DNA from: Octopus bimaculoides | Taxonomy: Eukaryota | DNA length: 61,829 nt | Assembly (NCBI RefSeq): GCF_001194135.2 | Contig: NC_069001.1 | Location: 32,155,488 to 32,217,316, forward strand | Direction: 5' to 3' | Shown: positions 12,542 through 24,357 of the stretch, piece by piece | Layout: each line of letters opens with the position of its first letter | Position numbering within the stretch: the stretch's first letter is position 1 | Position numbers and translations under genes: made by a program | Notes under the pieces: model-generated | What the model was told of the DNA's origin: nothing | Databases searched by the model: none | What the model saw: the letters and a program-made list of their open reading frames with translations, nothing else

Positions 12542-12760
12542 TGAGGTGGGTGCTGAAAAGTTCCTGACTTTGGGTAAAAGAAAATACAGGAGTGTCAGTT
12601 AATTATGATTTTATTCAATCTATCCCCCCACTCAGATGAACACATTTATTGCAGCAGTCCTTCAATTTTTCTAAGCCCTGTAAAAGAACTTAGAAAGTTG
12701 GGCCTACAACCAAGTTTTTCATGATACCCTTAAAGCCAGGAACTTTTCAGCGCCCCCTCA
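12542..12760. mobile_element. Tc1/mariner-type MITE with TA TSD; partial copy at about 50711-50850
   Basis: TA-tgaggtgggtgctgaaaagttcctgacttt ... aaagccaggaacttttcagcgccccctca-TA: about 30-bp imperfect TIRs flanked by TA. Confidence 0.88.
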
Positions 12761-13704
12761 TACATGCTTATTCATTAAAAACCAAAGCTGTCACCAGAAG
12801 TAAAACGTGTATTAAAATTCATCCAGTGTGCGTTATTTTGTACATTGTTAAAATAATGCTGGGGACAAAGGATTGCTCATATATTTTGCAGAGATAGGGT
12901 TTTTTCTAGGGTGTGTCTATCTTTGCAGATAACGAGAATGAAAGATTTCTCACACATTCCACAGCGCTAGGGATTTTCTTGTTCTGTATTTCTTCGTGTG
13001 TTCAGACTTCCTGTTTTTCTTTTTGGCTTTGTTTTTTGTTGTTGTTGTTGTTTTTTTTCTTGGGGGGGGGGGTTGTAAAGGAATATTTTCCTACAAATCT
13101 CACAGCAATATACAACAACATTTCTGTTCAATAAACTTTATTTAGTGACAGTTTTACACTATGTAAACGCTTTTCCTCAAACGGTCCTTCATCCTACTGA
13201 AAGATCATTTCCATTCGAGTTTCTTCAAATTCCCCCTGCGTCTGAAGCTTCGAAACGACCATCGCAAAAGTCCCAAGATCAATCACGGAAACTAATTAGA
13301 CTGAAAGAATCCTGCTTGCTAATGGATAACTATAACTTTGACATTAACAAACTTGCGTCCNNNNNNNNNNNNNNNNNNNNNNNNNNNNNNNNNNNNNNNN
13401 NNNNNNNNNNNNNNNNNNNNNNNNNNNNNNNNNNNNNNNNNNNNNNNNNNNNNNNNNNNNNNNNNNNNNNNNNNNNNNNNNNNNNNNNNNNNNNNNNNNN
13501 NNNNNNNNNNNNNNNNNNNNNNNNNNNNNNNNNNNNNNNNNNNNNNNNNNNNNNNNNNNNNNNNNNNNNNNNNNNNNNNNNNNNNNNNNNNNNNNNNNNN
13601 NNNNNNNNNNNNNNNNNNNNNNNNNNNNNNNNNNNNNNNNNNNNNNNNNNNNNNNNNNNNNNNNNNNNNNNNNNNNNNNNNNNNNNNNTGTGTAACAATT
13701 TTAG

Positions 13705-13795
13705 AGTTCAGATTCTAGAGTTAGGGTTAGTTTTAGGGTTAGGGTTACGGTTACGGTTAACAGTCTAGTTAGGGTTAGAGTTAGGGTTAGGGGAT
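13705..13795 (+). repeat. Degenerate (TTAGGG)n-like tract
   Basis: gttagggttagttttagggttagggttacggttacgg ... ttagggttagagttagggttagggg. Confidence 0.85.
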
Positions 13796-14443
13796 TAATA
13801 CGATATACACCGTTACAGCGCTAACTGTTTTCAACTGAATAGACGTCAGTGATTAGTAGAAATTATCGAAATAAGACAATTTTTTACATGAAATAAATTC
13901 GAATACAAATATTTTTTTCTGTTCTATAACACAAAATAGATAAGTATATGAAGTTTGAAAGTCTTTCGGTACCAAAAACACTACATAAAACATAAATGAA
14001 AACTGGTGCTCCCGTTTTAAAATAGATCCGAGTTTTCTACTATAGCCCTGAGCCAACCAAAGCCTTGTGAATGGATTTAGTATATAGAAACTGAAAGAAA
14101 CCAGCCATATATATATATAAATTTATATAAATAAGGATAAGATCATTATTTAAAATACTGATCATATCAAGTGGCTGGCATGGGAATAAAAACCTCATAG
14201 GTAATAATTATTATTAAAATTATAATTAAGGGTATCTAAAAGATAGCACTATGCTAGTCATTTTTTAGATCAATTTTAAAATATAATTGGGTGAAGTTAA
14301 AATGTTTAATTAATACAGAATTGATGCATTCATTCTTAAAAAAAACTGTGACATTGTGTCTTTGCATATGTGAATGAATGAATGAATATATGAACATAAA
14401 TGTGTGTGTGTGTACATGTATCTATATATATATGTGTTGTATA

Positions 14444-14509
<66 letters not shown>

Positions 14510-14959
14510 CATATACATACACACACACACATATATATATATATATAAAGTCAAATCCAGGATTTATGACAAAGGATACAATTACAATACACAAAAGGAA
14601 ATACATCTGGAGTTCTTAATAATAGTTATTTGTCATGCAGTTTAAGGCTTAAATTGCAATGTATGAATATGTTTATATATATGTGTGTGAGAGTGTGTGT
14701 ATGGACACAAAAACACACTAATTCAATGTCTAGAAATTTAGCTATATATTGGTTAAAAATTAGTAACCATTTAGTATTTATTAAGCAATTAGCCATTTTA
14801 ATTTGGGCCAATTATGATTAAACTTCACAGGAAATAACTAATTTTTATGAAAGGGGAGCAATTTAATTTATGGACTAAAATTACAACTCAAATTATGAAA
14901 CTATTCCTTTGCATCTCAAATGTACTAATAATACGCAAATGTACTCAAATGGTAAATGC

Positions 14960-15080
14960 TGGAGGGGAAGATATAGGACAAACTGGTTTGATAACATCAA
15001 GGACTGGACTAAACCGTTATATGGTGCATGTGTGAGAATGGAAATCTTTGATGTTCATCCTGCTAGGAGGAGATGACCCC
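14960..15080 (+). mobile_element. Remnant of a second RTE/L2-type LINE ORF C-terminus
   Basis: Translates RGRYRTNWFDNIKDWTKPLYGACVRME..., resembling the GRPRxxWxDNIKxW terminal motif of RTE-group LINEs. Confidence 0.6.
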
Positions 15081-15224
15081 CTAATGATCATAGCACTTAA
15101 TGACAATTAATTATTACAATGACATAGTTATTATGATGATGACAATAATTAGAGTTAATAGTTTGGCTGTATTGAATCAAATGTTTGCCAACATTTTACT
15201 GAAACCATGCACAACTGTCTAAGT

Positions 15225-15560
15225 GGACTAACTGGCACTCTGCTGCTTACTATGACAAGGGTTCTCGTTAATCTGATCAATGGAACAACTTGCTTGTGAA
15301 ACTAACATGCAAGTGGCTGAGCACTCCACAGATACACATGCCTTTAATGTAGTTCTTGGGAAGATTCAGCGCGACACAGAATATGACATGGCTGGCCCTT
15401 TGAAATACAGGTACCACCTATTTTGTATCAGCTGAGTGGACTGGAGCAATATGAAATAAAGTATCGTATTGAAGAACACACTATGTCACCAGGAATCGAA
15501 CTCACAACCTAACAATTGTGAGCCAAATATCCTAACCACTAAGCCACATACCTTCACAAC
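15225..15560 (-). mobile_element. tRNA-derived SINE family D (tail D1)
   Basis: Reverse of ggcatgtggcttagtggttagg ... gagttcgattcc ... ctccagtccactcagctg ... caagtggctgagcactccacag. Forward copies at 41544-41868, 39738-40240 and 60145-60460. Confidence 0.8.
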
Positions 15561-15744
15561 TTTCTAAACAACCCATAAAATTTGATCAGATCCCTCCAAG
15601 GCACAGATTTTCTTCTCAAATAAGCCAACAGGGTTTATATCATATTCAGGAAAAGTAACGGAAACCATTTGTAATCCACAGAGAATAAATACCATTTCAA
15701 AGAATATTTTTATACATTTCTTCTTTTTTGAATATACACAAATA

Positions 15745-16015
15745 GGCGTGACGGTGCATGGCCTACTGGTTAGGGTATTGCTCTCACAATCACTAGTTTG
15801 CAGGTTCAATTTCTAGATTGAGTGGTACATTGTGTTCTTGAACAAAACACTTCATTTTACGTTGCGCAATTCCCCAATCGACCAGTGGGGAATGTTGGCT
15901 GGCTCGCTTAGCCAACAGGGTGGCATCATTCAATGGCTAAAACAATGCAAAGCATATTGTGATCAGCGATGTGTAACATCTGATAGTCTGGTCGGTTACG
16001 TGGCCACGCAATCAC
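15745..16015 (+). mobile_element. SINE family D with alternative tail D2; second copy at 55280-55563
   Basis: Same head (tggttagggtattgc ... ggttcaat), then aatgttggc..gct.gc.tagcca.cagggtgg ... cattgtga.cagcgatgtgtaaca ... atagtctggtc. Confidence 0.75.
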
Positions 16016-16021
16016 ACATAT

Positions 16022-16322
16022 AGGCATGGTTGTGTGGTTTAGAAGTTTACTTAGCAGCCATGTGGTTTTGGGTCCTGTTTCATTGTGCAACACCTTGAGC
16101 AAGTATCGTCTACTATAGTCCTAGACAAATCAATGTCCTGTGAGTGAATTTAGTAGAAAGAAACTGTGTAGAAGCATGTGTGTGTCTTCACAAAAATGAC
16201 TGACAGAATAAGTACCGAGTTTTAAAAAAACCAGAACTGGGGTAGACTTGTTTCAATAAACCCTTCAAGGCGGTGCCTGAACTTGGCTGCAGTCACATGA
16301 CTGAAACAAGTAAAAAATAAAA
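16022..16322 (+). mobile_element. SINE family A
   Basis: ggcatggttgtgtggtttagaag ... ccttgagcaagtatcgtctactatag ... tgcagtcacatgactgaaacaagtaaaa. Confidence 0.75.
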
Positions 16323-16702
16323 GATGCACAAAGCTAATTCTGTCACCATGCATCATCATTATTATTATTATTATCTCTCTCTCTCTTTCTGACATCCCTG
16401 CTTTAAGCTCCATTCTGTGCTAAGTTTTCTTTGGCCCACTTTGACCACAAGTTCTACCAACCAACTCAGTCCTTCTCTCATTCGCACACACACAAACACA
16501 TACACAACAGACAGGGTATTTTTTTTTCTATAAGATTTGATTGAATACCTCCAATGAGAAAACAACATCTGTTTGTGCTTAATAATATAAATCAATAAAT
16601 ATAAGTGTGTGTATATATATATGTTGGCATTCTTATTTGTTTGTTGAACATACATACACATATATATAAATATATACATATGTATGTGTGTGTGTGTGTG
16701 TG

Positions 16703-16742
<40 letters not shown>

Positions 16743-16967
16743 TTCAAAAAAACACAAAAAACAATAACAAAAAAACAACAAAGTGAGGACGTGATACGGA
16801 TAGNNNNNNNNNNNNNNNNNNNNNNNNNNNNNNNNNNNNNNNNNNNNNNNNNNNNNNNNNNNNNNNNNNNNNNNNNNNNNNNNNNNNNNNNNNNNNNNNN
16901 NNNNNNNNNNNNNNNNNNNNNNNNNNNNNNNNNNNNNNNNNNNNNNNNNNNNNNNNNNNNNNNNNNN

Positions 16968-17004
<37 letters not shown>

Positions 17005-17544
17005 ATATATATACGTATGTTTGTATGTTTAACAAACAAATAAGAAAGCCAACAAGTACCCATGAATTCAAATGGAGACACATACGTACAAATGACTGAA
17101 GGCTGGATGCATTTTTTCAAAATTTCAATCTTTATCATTACCTTCTACTACTATTACTACTACTACTACTACTACTTCTACTATTACATTGTCGTCATCA
17201 TCATTATCATTTATATGTCCACATTTCCATATTTGCATCGGTCACACTTTCTATGACCTGATTATGACCTTCCTAATACCACTCCTCACCTATCTGAAAG
17301 GAAGACAATATTTCCTCTTGGCTAAACTGTTTTTGCAGATGACAGGAAACGAATGCCACTCTTCATATGATGGTCATCCTATAAGAAGTACTTACAACTA
17401 TCACATGATGTCTGTCGCAATGAGCGGACAATAGTGCATACCTACATATAATCATGTATTACAAGCTTCTTTCAGAAGGCTCTGATCAGCACAGGGCTAT
17501 GGTAGAAGATGCTTGCCCAAGGTGCTGGGCAGTAGGACTGAAAC

Positions 17545-17880
17545 CTTTCATTGCCATATTTCTATTGAAACACACTGTTTTTGATTCAATTTTGAAAGTA
17601 ATGAAAAAATGAGTAAAATAATTTTGTCATTATTAACCCTTTAATATTCAGATTATCAAATGTAATGCTTTTTTTTTTAATCTGAATTGTTTTGAATTAA
17701 TCATGCATTATCTTAAAGCTTCCAGGTTTTAACAATGTCACTGTTTATTTTTAGAACATCATTGTAGGATAGGCGTGAGAGGCTAGATATGGCCAGTTTG
17801 AATGTAAAAGCTGTAGAATATTTGGGACGGATATGGTCGGTTTAAATGCTAAAGAGTTAAACTGGTATTTGAAGCATGGA
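17545..17880. mobile_element. piggyBac-like MITE2 fragment with a complete MITE1 (17633-17860) inserted at an internal TTAA
   Basis: MITE2 reads gtcatta-TTAA-gctggtgtttgg in other copies; here it is gtcatta TTAAccctttaatatt ... aatgctaaagagTTAA actggtatttg. Confidence 0.78.
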
Positions 17881-18694
17881 AAGCGGACGTAAAACGATGA
17901 TGATGATGAATGTGGATAAATAAACATTAGAGATTTGACAGAATCTGAATTTTGAAGGGTTAATACACGTTTCTTACAAACATTGTAAGACTGAACAACT
18001 ATGAATAGATGTTGAATAAAATGAGAGCTGTTCAGTAGCTGTAGACTTGATTGACTTAAAAGTGTGACTTGGTGGTAAACAGAATGTATTAAGAGAATTG
18101 ATTAATTATATGCTTGCAGTGACCCTTTTTACAGCTGCTAGATGTCCTGAACTTTGAAAGGAAAAGTCAAGGGTAATCTGGTGAGAATAAGGGTCTAATA
18201 ATAGAATTGTTGCATTATTGTGTGATCAAGAAGCTTACTTCCCAACCACGTGGTTTCAAGTTCAGTCTCACTGTATGGCACTTTGGGCAAGTGCTTTCTA
18301 TTAATGCTTTGGAGTAATTCAAAGCCCTTGAGAATGGATTTGATAGACAGAAAAAGCTCCTGTCAAACTGTCCAACCCATGCTAGCATGGAAAGCAGATG
18401 TTAAATTATGATGATGATGATATCTTACTTGTTTCAATCATTAGACTGTGGCCATGCTGGGGCACCACCTTGAAGAAATTTAGTTGAATGAATCCGCTCC
18501 AGAGAACAGCTTATTGTGTGTATATGTGGGGGCCACAAGACAAAACTCCATTTTACAGGGGTGGAATAATAATAGGCAATAATAGCAGTGAAAAAGTAAA
18601 ATAGTCAGGTGGCAGAAGTAATTATCTATCCTCTCCTAGGTTCCAAGTTCAAATTCACTGCAAAATCAGATGATACATTTTTCTAGAACAGGAA

Positions 18695-18890
18695 CAAGGC
18701 TTGTAATTTGGGGGGAGGAGGTTAGTCGATTACAGTGACCCCAATGCTCAACTGGTATTTTACTGACCCCCGCCAAATGGATGAAAGGCAAGATTAACCT
18801 AGGTGGAATTTGAATTCATCAGACGGTGAATCCAAAAGAAATGCCACTAAAGCATTCTGTCTGGCATGATAACAATTCTGCCAGCTACTT
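18695..18890 (-). mobile_element. SINE family B
   Basis: gaccccaatgctcaactggtattttactgacccc ... ggatgaaaggcaag ... aacaattctgccagct. Confidence 0.78.
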
Positions 18891-19222
18891 GAGATAAACT
18901 TGTGTCCTCTCCAGGAGCACACACACACACACAGCTCCATACCTTGAAACTGGTGTTAAGCACCAGTTCTGACAACAGTCCTCGTGACTTCAGAAATATT
19001 TATATTTAACTTTGTAGCACCAGCAGCAGTGGTGGTGACAGTGGTTGCTGTTGTTGTTGTGGTGGTGGTGGTGGTGGTAGTAGTGATCTCTCTAAGTGCT
19101 ACAAGCAGCTGTTGACTTAAAACTATCAAAGAAATTAAAGTAGTTAAACATTTTGAACTTCTAAATAATACACTCATACACACACACACACACATATATA
19201 CAAACATATATACATGCCCATA

Positions 19223-19316
<94 letters not shown>

Positions 19317-19384
19317 CAAAAACACNNNNNNNNNNNNNNNNNNNNNNNNNNNNNNNNNNNNNNNNNNNNNNNNNNNNNNNNNNN

Positions 19385-19431
<47 letters not shown>

Positions 19432-20018
19432 AAATTTCTAACGAAGAAACCAGTTTTGTTTTACTTTTAAGCTACAAAGTCCAAAAATGTTCAAAGAAAT
19501 AGTTGACATTCCAGCGAGTGGCTCGTCAGAAGTAAATAACCAACTTCTAAATACAAATATCCGAGACAATACCCCAGACAGGTTCTTATAAAAACAGGAG
19601 AAACTTAAAGAAAATTGTAAGATAGTTATTTTTGTATAGCCTCTGGCCAACCCTGGTAATCAAAAGCATTCTACCTTTGGCAATTTCATTTTTTTTACTT
19701 ATATTCCAGGAACCTGAGACCAAATTCTCTAGTGTCATCATTTTTTTTAATGTAACCCATGTCAACAAGGAAAGTGGACATTAAATGATGATGAAGAAGA
19801 ATATGAAAGAAGGGCTAACTAAATGTCTGTAAAACAAGCATGGATGCTGAAGACAAACTTATGAAAATTCTTTGCATGGGCAAAGGGTTAACATCAATCA
19901 CCACCTGGATTGTGAAAGCATCCAAGCTGGATCTCCAGTCTGAATTTAACCAACTTTCCTCTTTACCAGTTATTAAAACCCTCAAAAGAATCACAGAACT
20001 TCCTTTCATCCTCTAAGT

Positions 20019-20272
20019 CAGTGGTTCTCAACCATTTTTTACCTATGGACCCCTTTGATTCCTATTTTATTCTGGTGGACCCTCATAACCATTCAATGTT
20101 TAAAAGATCCTATTGTATTTTTAGAATTAAACATTATTAGGAATTGTGTTTTAAAAAATTGTTAAAATGTTTTGTGTATTTGTATGAGTAAAACCGACTT
20201 ATTGCACATAAACCGTAACAAAATCTTATACATAGCCCCAGGGGTCATGTGGACCCTGGTTGAGAACCATTG
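20019..20272. mobile_element. hAT MITE with 8-bp TSD, about 150 bp from the ZDHHC exon donor
   Basis: TIR cagtggttctcaacc / ggttgagaaccattg; flanks ctctaagt / ctctaaat. Confidence 0.88.
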
Positions 20273-20419
20273 CTCTAAATCAATAAAAAAAAAGTAGGGT
20301 GGAAAGATAAGATAAAGCCAATTCAGTATGATTTTAGGAGTTGGGTAAAAATAAATAAAGATGAGAAATAAAGGTATCACATCAACAAACAAAAAAGAGA
20401 CGAAAGAAAGCAAACTTAC

Positions 20420-20578
20420 CAACACAATTATCACATAAACTACAGTGTGACGCCCGTGGTGGTCTAAATATCTTACAGGTGAAGCAATACTTCAGTTTGA
20501 TAACTTGGCCCTTCACAACAACTTCTTTCGTTCGAGGTGGAGGTCTGTAAGTTCCAGGAGAAACTGCATTTGGAACTT
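20420..20578 (-). CDS. ZDHHC14: Next coding exon of the same palmitoyltransferase, first half of the DHHC cysteine-rich domain: (E)[52 protein letters not shown]
   Basis: Minus strand ctttttcAG|AA GTT CCA ... TGT GTT G|GTaagt; 159 nt, phase 1 to phase 1. [24 protein letters not shown] matches the ZDHHC14 CRD as I recall it. The symbol denotes the closest vertebrate paralogue; it is probably a co-orthologue of ZDHHC9/14/18. Confidence 0.96.
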
Positions 20579-20819
20579 CTGAAAAAGAGCAATCAAAGAA
20601 AAATATGAGCATTTCTTTCAGTAAAATAAAGGGGGATTCAAAATTGGGTTATAGGAAATTTCACTATTAGCACTTTTGCCGTAGGAAAATTCATCTCAAG
20701 AAATTTCATTATAAATAACCTCCTTATCTTTTTTTAATGTTTGACATTAAAAGTGGTGAGAAAGGATTTACAGACGCTTGGACTCACAGGGGACCAAAAC
20801 TCCTGGCAGTTTGCTGTGC

Positions 20820-21365
20820 TTGAAAAGACATGTCAAGCTAAGTAAAAGCATGATTGCCCTTGAATACAGGCTCATCTCCATCAACCCTCTACAGCTAAGC
20901 ATCCTTAATTTCATGAGCTTGTAGGTGCTGGTGCCACATAAAATCTGACTGTACTTTTATAATTAAATCATCATCTAGCATTCGCTTTCTCTGCTGGCAT
21001 GGGTTAGATGGTTTGACTGAAACTGGTAAGCTGGAGAACTGCACCAGGTTCCAGTCTGATTCAGCATGGTTTCTATGGCTGGATGCCCTTCCTAATGCCA
21101 ACCACTCCAAGAGTGTAATGGGTGCTTTTTATGAGCCACCAGCATGACACAGGAAACAGCCATGAATACGGTTTCACTTGGCTTGACAAGTCTTTTCAAG
21201 CACATATATTAGGAATTGTAATGAAAAAAAATCTCAAATATTTTGTGTTTTGTAGAAGTAGAAGACAATTTAATGCACATAAATTTTAACAATCAAATCT
21301 TATATGGACCCCAAAGGACGATATGGACCCCCTAGGGCTATACTGGCCCCAGTTGAGGATCACTG
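20820..21365. mobile_element. Antisense RTE 3' fragment (about 20965-21200) followed by the right half of a hAT MITE (21205-21365)
   Basis: catcatctagcattcgctttctctgctggcatgggtt ... ggatgcccttcctaatgccaaccactcc; then atcttatatggacccc ... ccagttgaggatcactg. Confidence 0.72.
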
Positions 21366-21838
21366 AATTAAAGGATCCCTTGTTGGATATTCACTAGAGA
21401 TGTTTCATGCTTCTCCCCAAGATAATTCTGTGTCACTTCAGGATAAAACAAGCAAGCATGTTTAGCATCTCCAACACACTCAATGCAGGTAACTAATTTG
21501 AGGTCAAGGATAACATTAGATTCAACTAAATAGGCTTTTGTTTGTTTAGGTCCTATCTTTTTTTTTTGTATCATTTATTTATTTATTTTTGTTGTTAATT
21601 TTCTTTTAAGTATTTGACACAATTACCAGCAGTTAACAGAAGTATTATTACTTAAGTTTTTGTAGCTAGGATTAAGGTATACTTCATCCTTAATAATTAA
21701 TAGTCTCACACACACACACACACATAATCAAGCTTGCTGACTGAATTTACTGCACATGTACAAGCTAGAGTGCATCACATTCACTCAATCTCTAAATCTT
21801 CTAAACACTTATAACCATAGTAATGAACTTAAATACTC

Positions 21839-21898
<60 letters not shown>

Positions 21899-22436
21899 NN
21901 NNNNNNNNNNNNNNNNNNNNNNNNNNNNNNNNNNNNNNNNNNNNNNNNNNNNNNNNNNNNNNNNNNNNNNNNNNNNNNNNNNNNNNNNNNNNNNNNNNNN
22001 NNNNNNNNNNNNNNNNNNNNNNNNNNNNNNNNNNNNNNNNNNNNNNNNNNNNNNNNNNNNNNNNNNNNNNNNNNNNNNNNNNNNNNNNNNNNNNNNNNNN
22101 NNNNNNNNNNNNNNNNNNNNNNNNNNNNNNNNNNNNNNNNNNNNNNNNNNNNNNNNNNNNNNNNNNNNNNNNNNNNNNNNNNNNNNNNNNNNNNNNNNNN
22201 NNNNNNNNNNNNNNNNNNNNNNNNNNNNNNNNNNNNNNNNNNNNNNNNNNNNNNNNNNNNNNNNNNNNNNNNNNNNNNNNNNNNNNNNNNNNNNNNNNNN
22301 NNNNNNNNNNNNNNNNNNNNNNNNNNNNNNNNNNNNNNNNNNNNNNNNNNNNNNNNNNNNNNNTATATATATATATATATATACACACACATGCACACAT
22401 GTGTAAGTGTATATATATATGCACACACGTGTGTAT

Positions 22437-22519
<83 letters not shown>

Positions 22520-22614
22520 GATATATAGACAGACATAGATGTATACATACAAACACACATGTATATATACATTATATATACATATATACAAACAGACATA
22601 CATATTAATACATA

Positions 22615-22670
<56 letters not shown>

Positions 22671-23113
22671 GTATGCACAACATTCTTTGTTAATGTATTG
22701 TTCTGGAAATTGCTTCCTCTTTCATCCTTCTACACTTATTTTCCCCATATTTTTTTTTCTTTAATTTCCCCCTCTACTTATCAGCTCCAGTAGTCTCCAT
22801 ACTGCTGACACTGTTTGCATTGAGCAGATACTGTCTGAAAATATTTAAACTGCAATGATACCCAGACAACAACTAATAAAGACATTGTACATGCTCACAT
22901 CTATGCATTTTTCATGGCTTTTTGTCTGTGTTATGTTTTTGAATTTTATGTGTAAAATTCTGTTTTGTCCCTTTTTTTTCATAAGGTCGGCGGAGTGTTT
23001 AAGGAATTTGCTCACCAACTTCATGGTTTCAGGGTTCAGTCCCACTGCATGGCGCTTTGGGCATGTGTCTTCTACTATAGCCACAAACTGACTAAAGCCT
23101 TGCATTATCGTTT

Positions 23114-23290
23114 AAGGGTGGGGGGTCACTTTTACACGATAATGCAACACCATGTGTTGCCCAGGTCAGCCACATAAAAATTACAGCACTAAATATGGAA
23201 GTTTTGCTTCACCCTCCTTATTCTCCCGACCTTGTTCCATCTGACTGTCATCCTTTCAGATCATTGCAGCATTATTTGAAGGGAAAAACG
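23114..23290 (+). pseudogene. Mariner transposase catalytic-domain remnant (D,D34D)
   Basis: Translates KGGGSLLHDNATPCVAQVSHIKITALNMEVLLHPPYSPDLVPSDCHPFRSLQHYLKGKT. It contains the HDNA and YSPDL motifs with exactly 34 residues between the two Asp. Absent from the ORF track. Confidence 0.9.
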
Positions 23291-23299
23291 GTCTGGTGG

Positions 23300-23684
23300 T
23301 GGTGCTACGTAAAAAGGACCAAGAACACACTGTAAAGTGGTTGGTGTTAGGAACAGCATCCAGCCATAGAAACTAAGCCAAAACAGATTATGGAACTTGG
23401 TGCAACCTCTCGCCTTGCTGGTTCCTGTCAAGCCGTCTAACCCATGTCAGCAAGGGAAACAGATATTAAATGTTTGATGATGATAATGATTAGGTTAAAA
23501 ATAATACCAAGTGTTCTGTTGCTTTGAAACCTGAAGAATTTTATACCTGAGGGATCAACAATTTGCCAAATAGATGGGATTACGTTATCAATTATAATTT
23601 GTGTCTACATATCAACCCTCATAGCATCCATGATGTTAGCACAACTGGATTGAGCAACACTGTCAGAACCACTATATAAACATA

Positions 23685-23719
<35 letters not shown>

Positions 23720-24304
23720 AATATATTTATCTGGAGATAAAGTGGCTGAGTTTCTTTTGAGTGCTGGGCCTCATGGAGGCAAAGTGGCTGAGCTCATTTC
23801 GAGTGTTGGGCCTCACAGACGCAATGACCAAGACCTTTGGCATTATGTGCTTGAGAAGAAGACCCATCAAACTGAGCAAAATCACAGATACCAGTGTCAT
23901 GCAAATGGTACCAGTGTCACACAAATGGCATATAAAAGCACCCATTACACTATCAGAGTGGTTAGTGTTAAGAAGGGCATCCAGCTGCAGAGAACCATGC
24001 CAAATCAGATTGGAGCCTGGTGCAGCCTTCCTGTGTGCCAGCCCAATCAAACTGTCCAACCCACGCCAGCATGGGTTGGACGGTTTGACTGGGCTGGCAG
24101 CATGAACAACAGACATTAAATAATGATGATGATGTTGATCTGTTAAAGAGCACCCAGCACATTCTGTAAAGTGGTTGGCATTAGGAAGGACATCTAACCG
24201 TAGAAACCATGCCAAAACAGACAAATGGGGCCTGATGCAGCTCTTTGGTTTGCCAGCTCCTATCAAACCATCCAACTCATACCAGCAAGGAAAACAGACA
24301 TTAA

Positions 24305-24357
<53 letters not shown>
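23300..24357 (+). mobile_element. Cluster of three RTE 3' fragments (23300-23490, 23730-24135, 24140-24357); the last has a long (GAT)n tail
   Basis: Repeated gtggttgg..ttagga....catc.ag...tagaaac...gccaaa ... gacattaaa(tga)n; 23760-23860 encodes a LGLTDAMT-like RTE end. Confidence 0.82.

Noticed and set aside
13705-13795. True telomere or chromosome end
   Set aside because: Short, degenerate and embedded in an intron with unique sequence on both sides.
19495-19540. Minus-strand CTGACGA-gccactcgctgg-aatgtc resembling a hammerhead
   Set aside because: GAAA is not intact and stem I does not pair; at best a heavily decayed motif.
19438-20009. ORFs just downstream of the CRD exon considered as the next ZDHHC exon
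   Set aside because: No DHHCPW motif in any frame I read, and no family resemblance.
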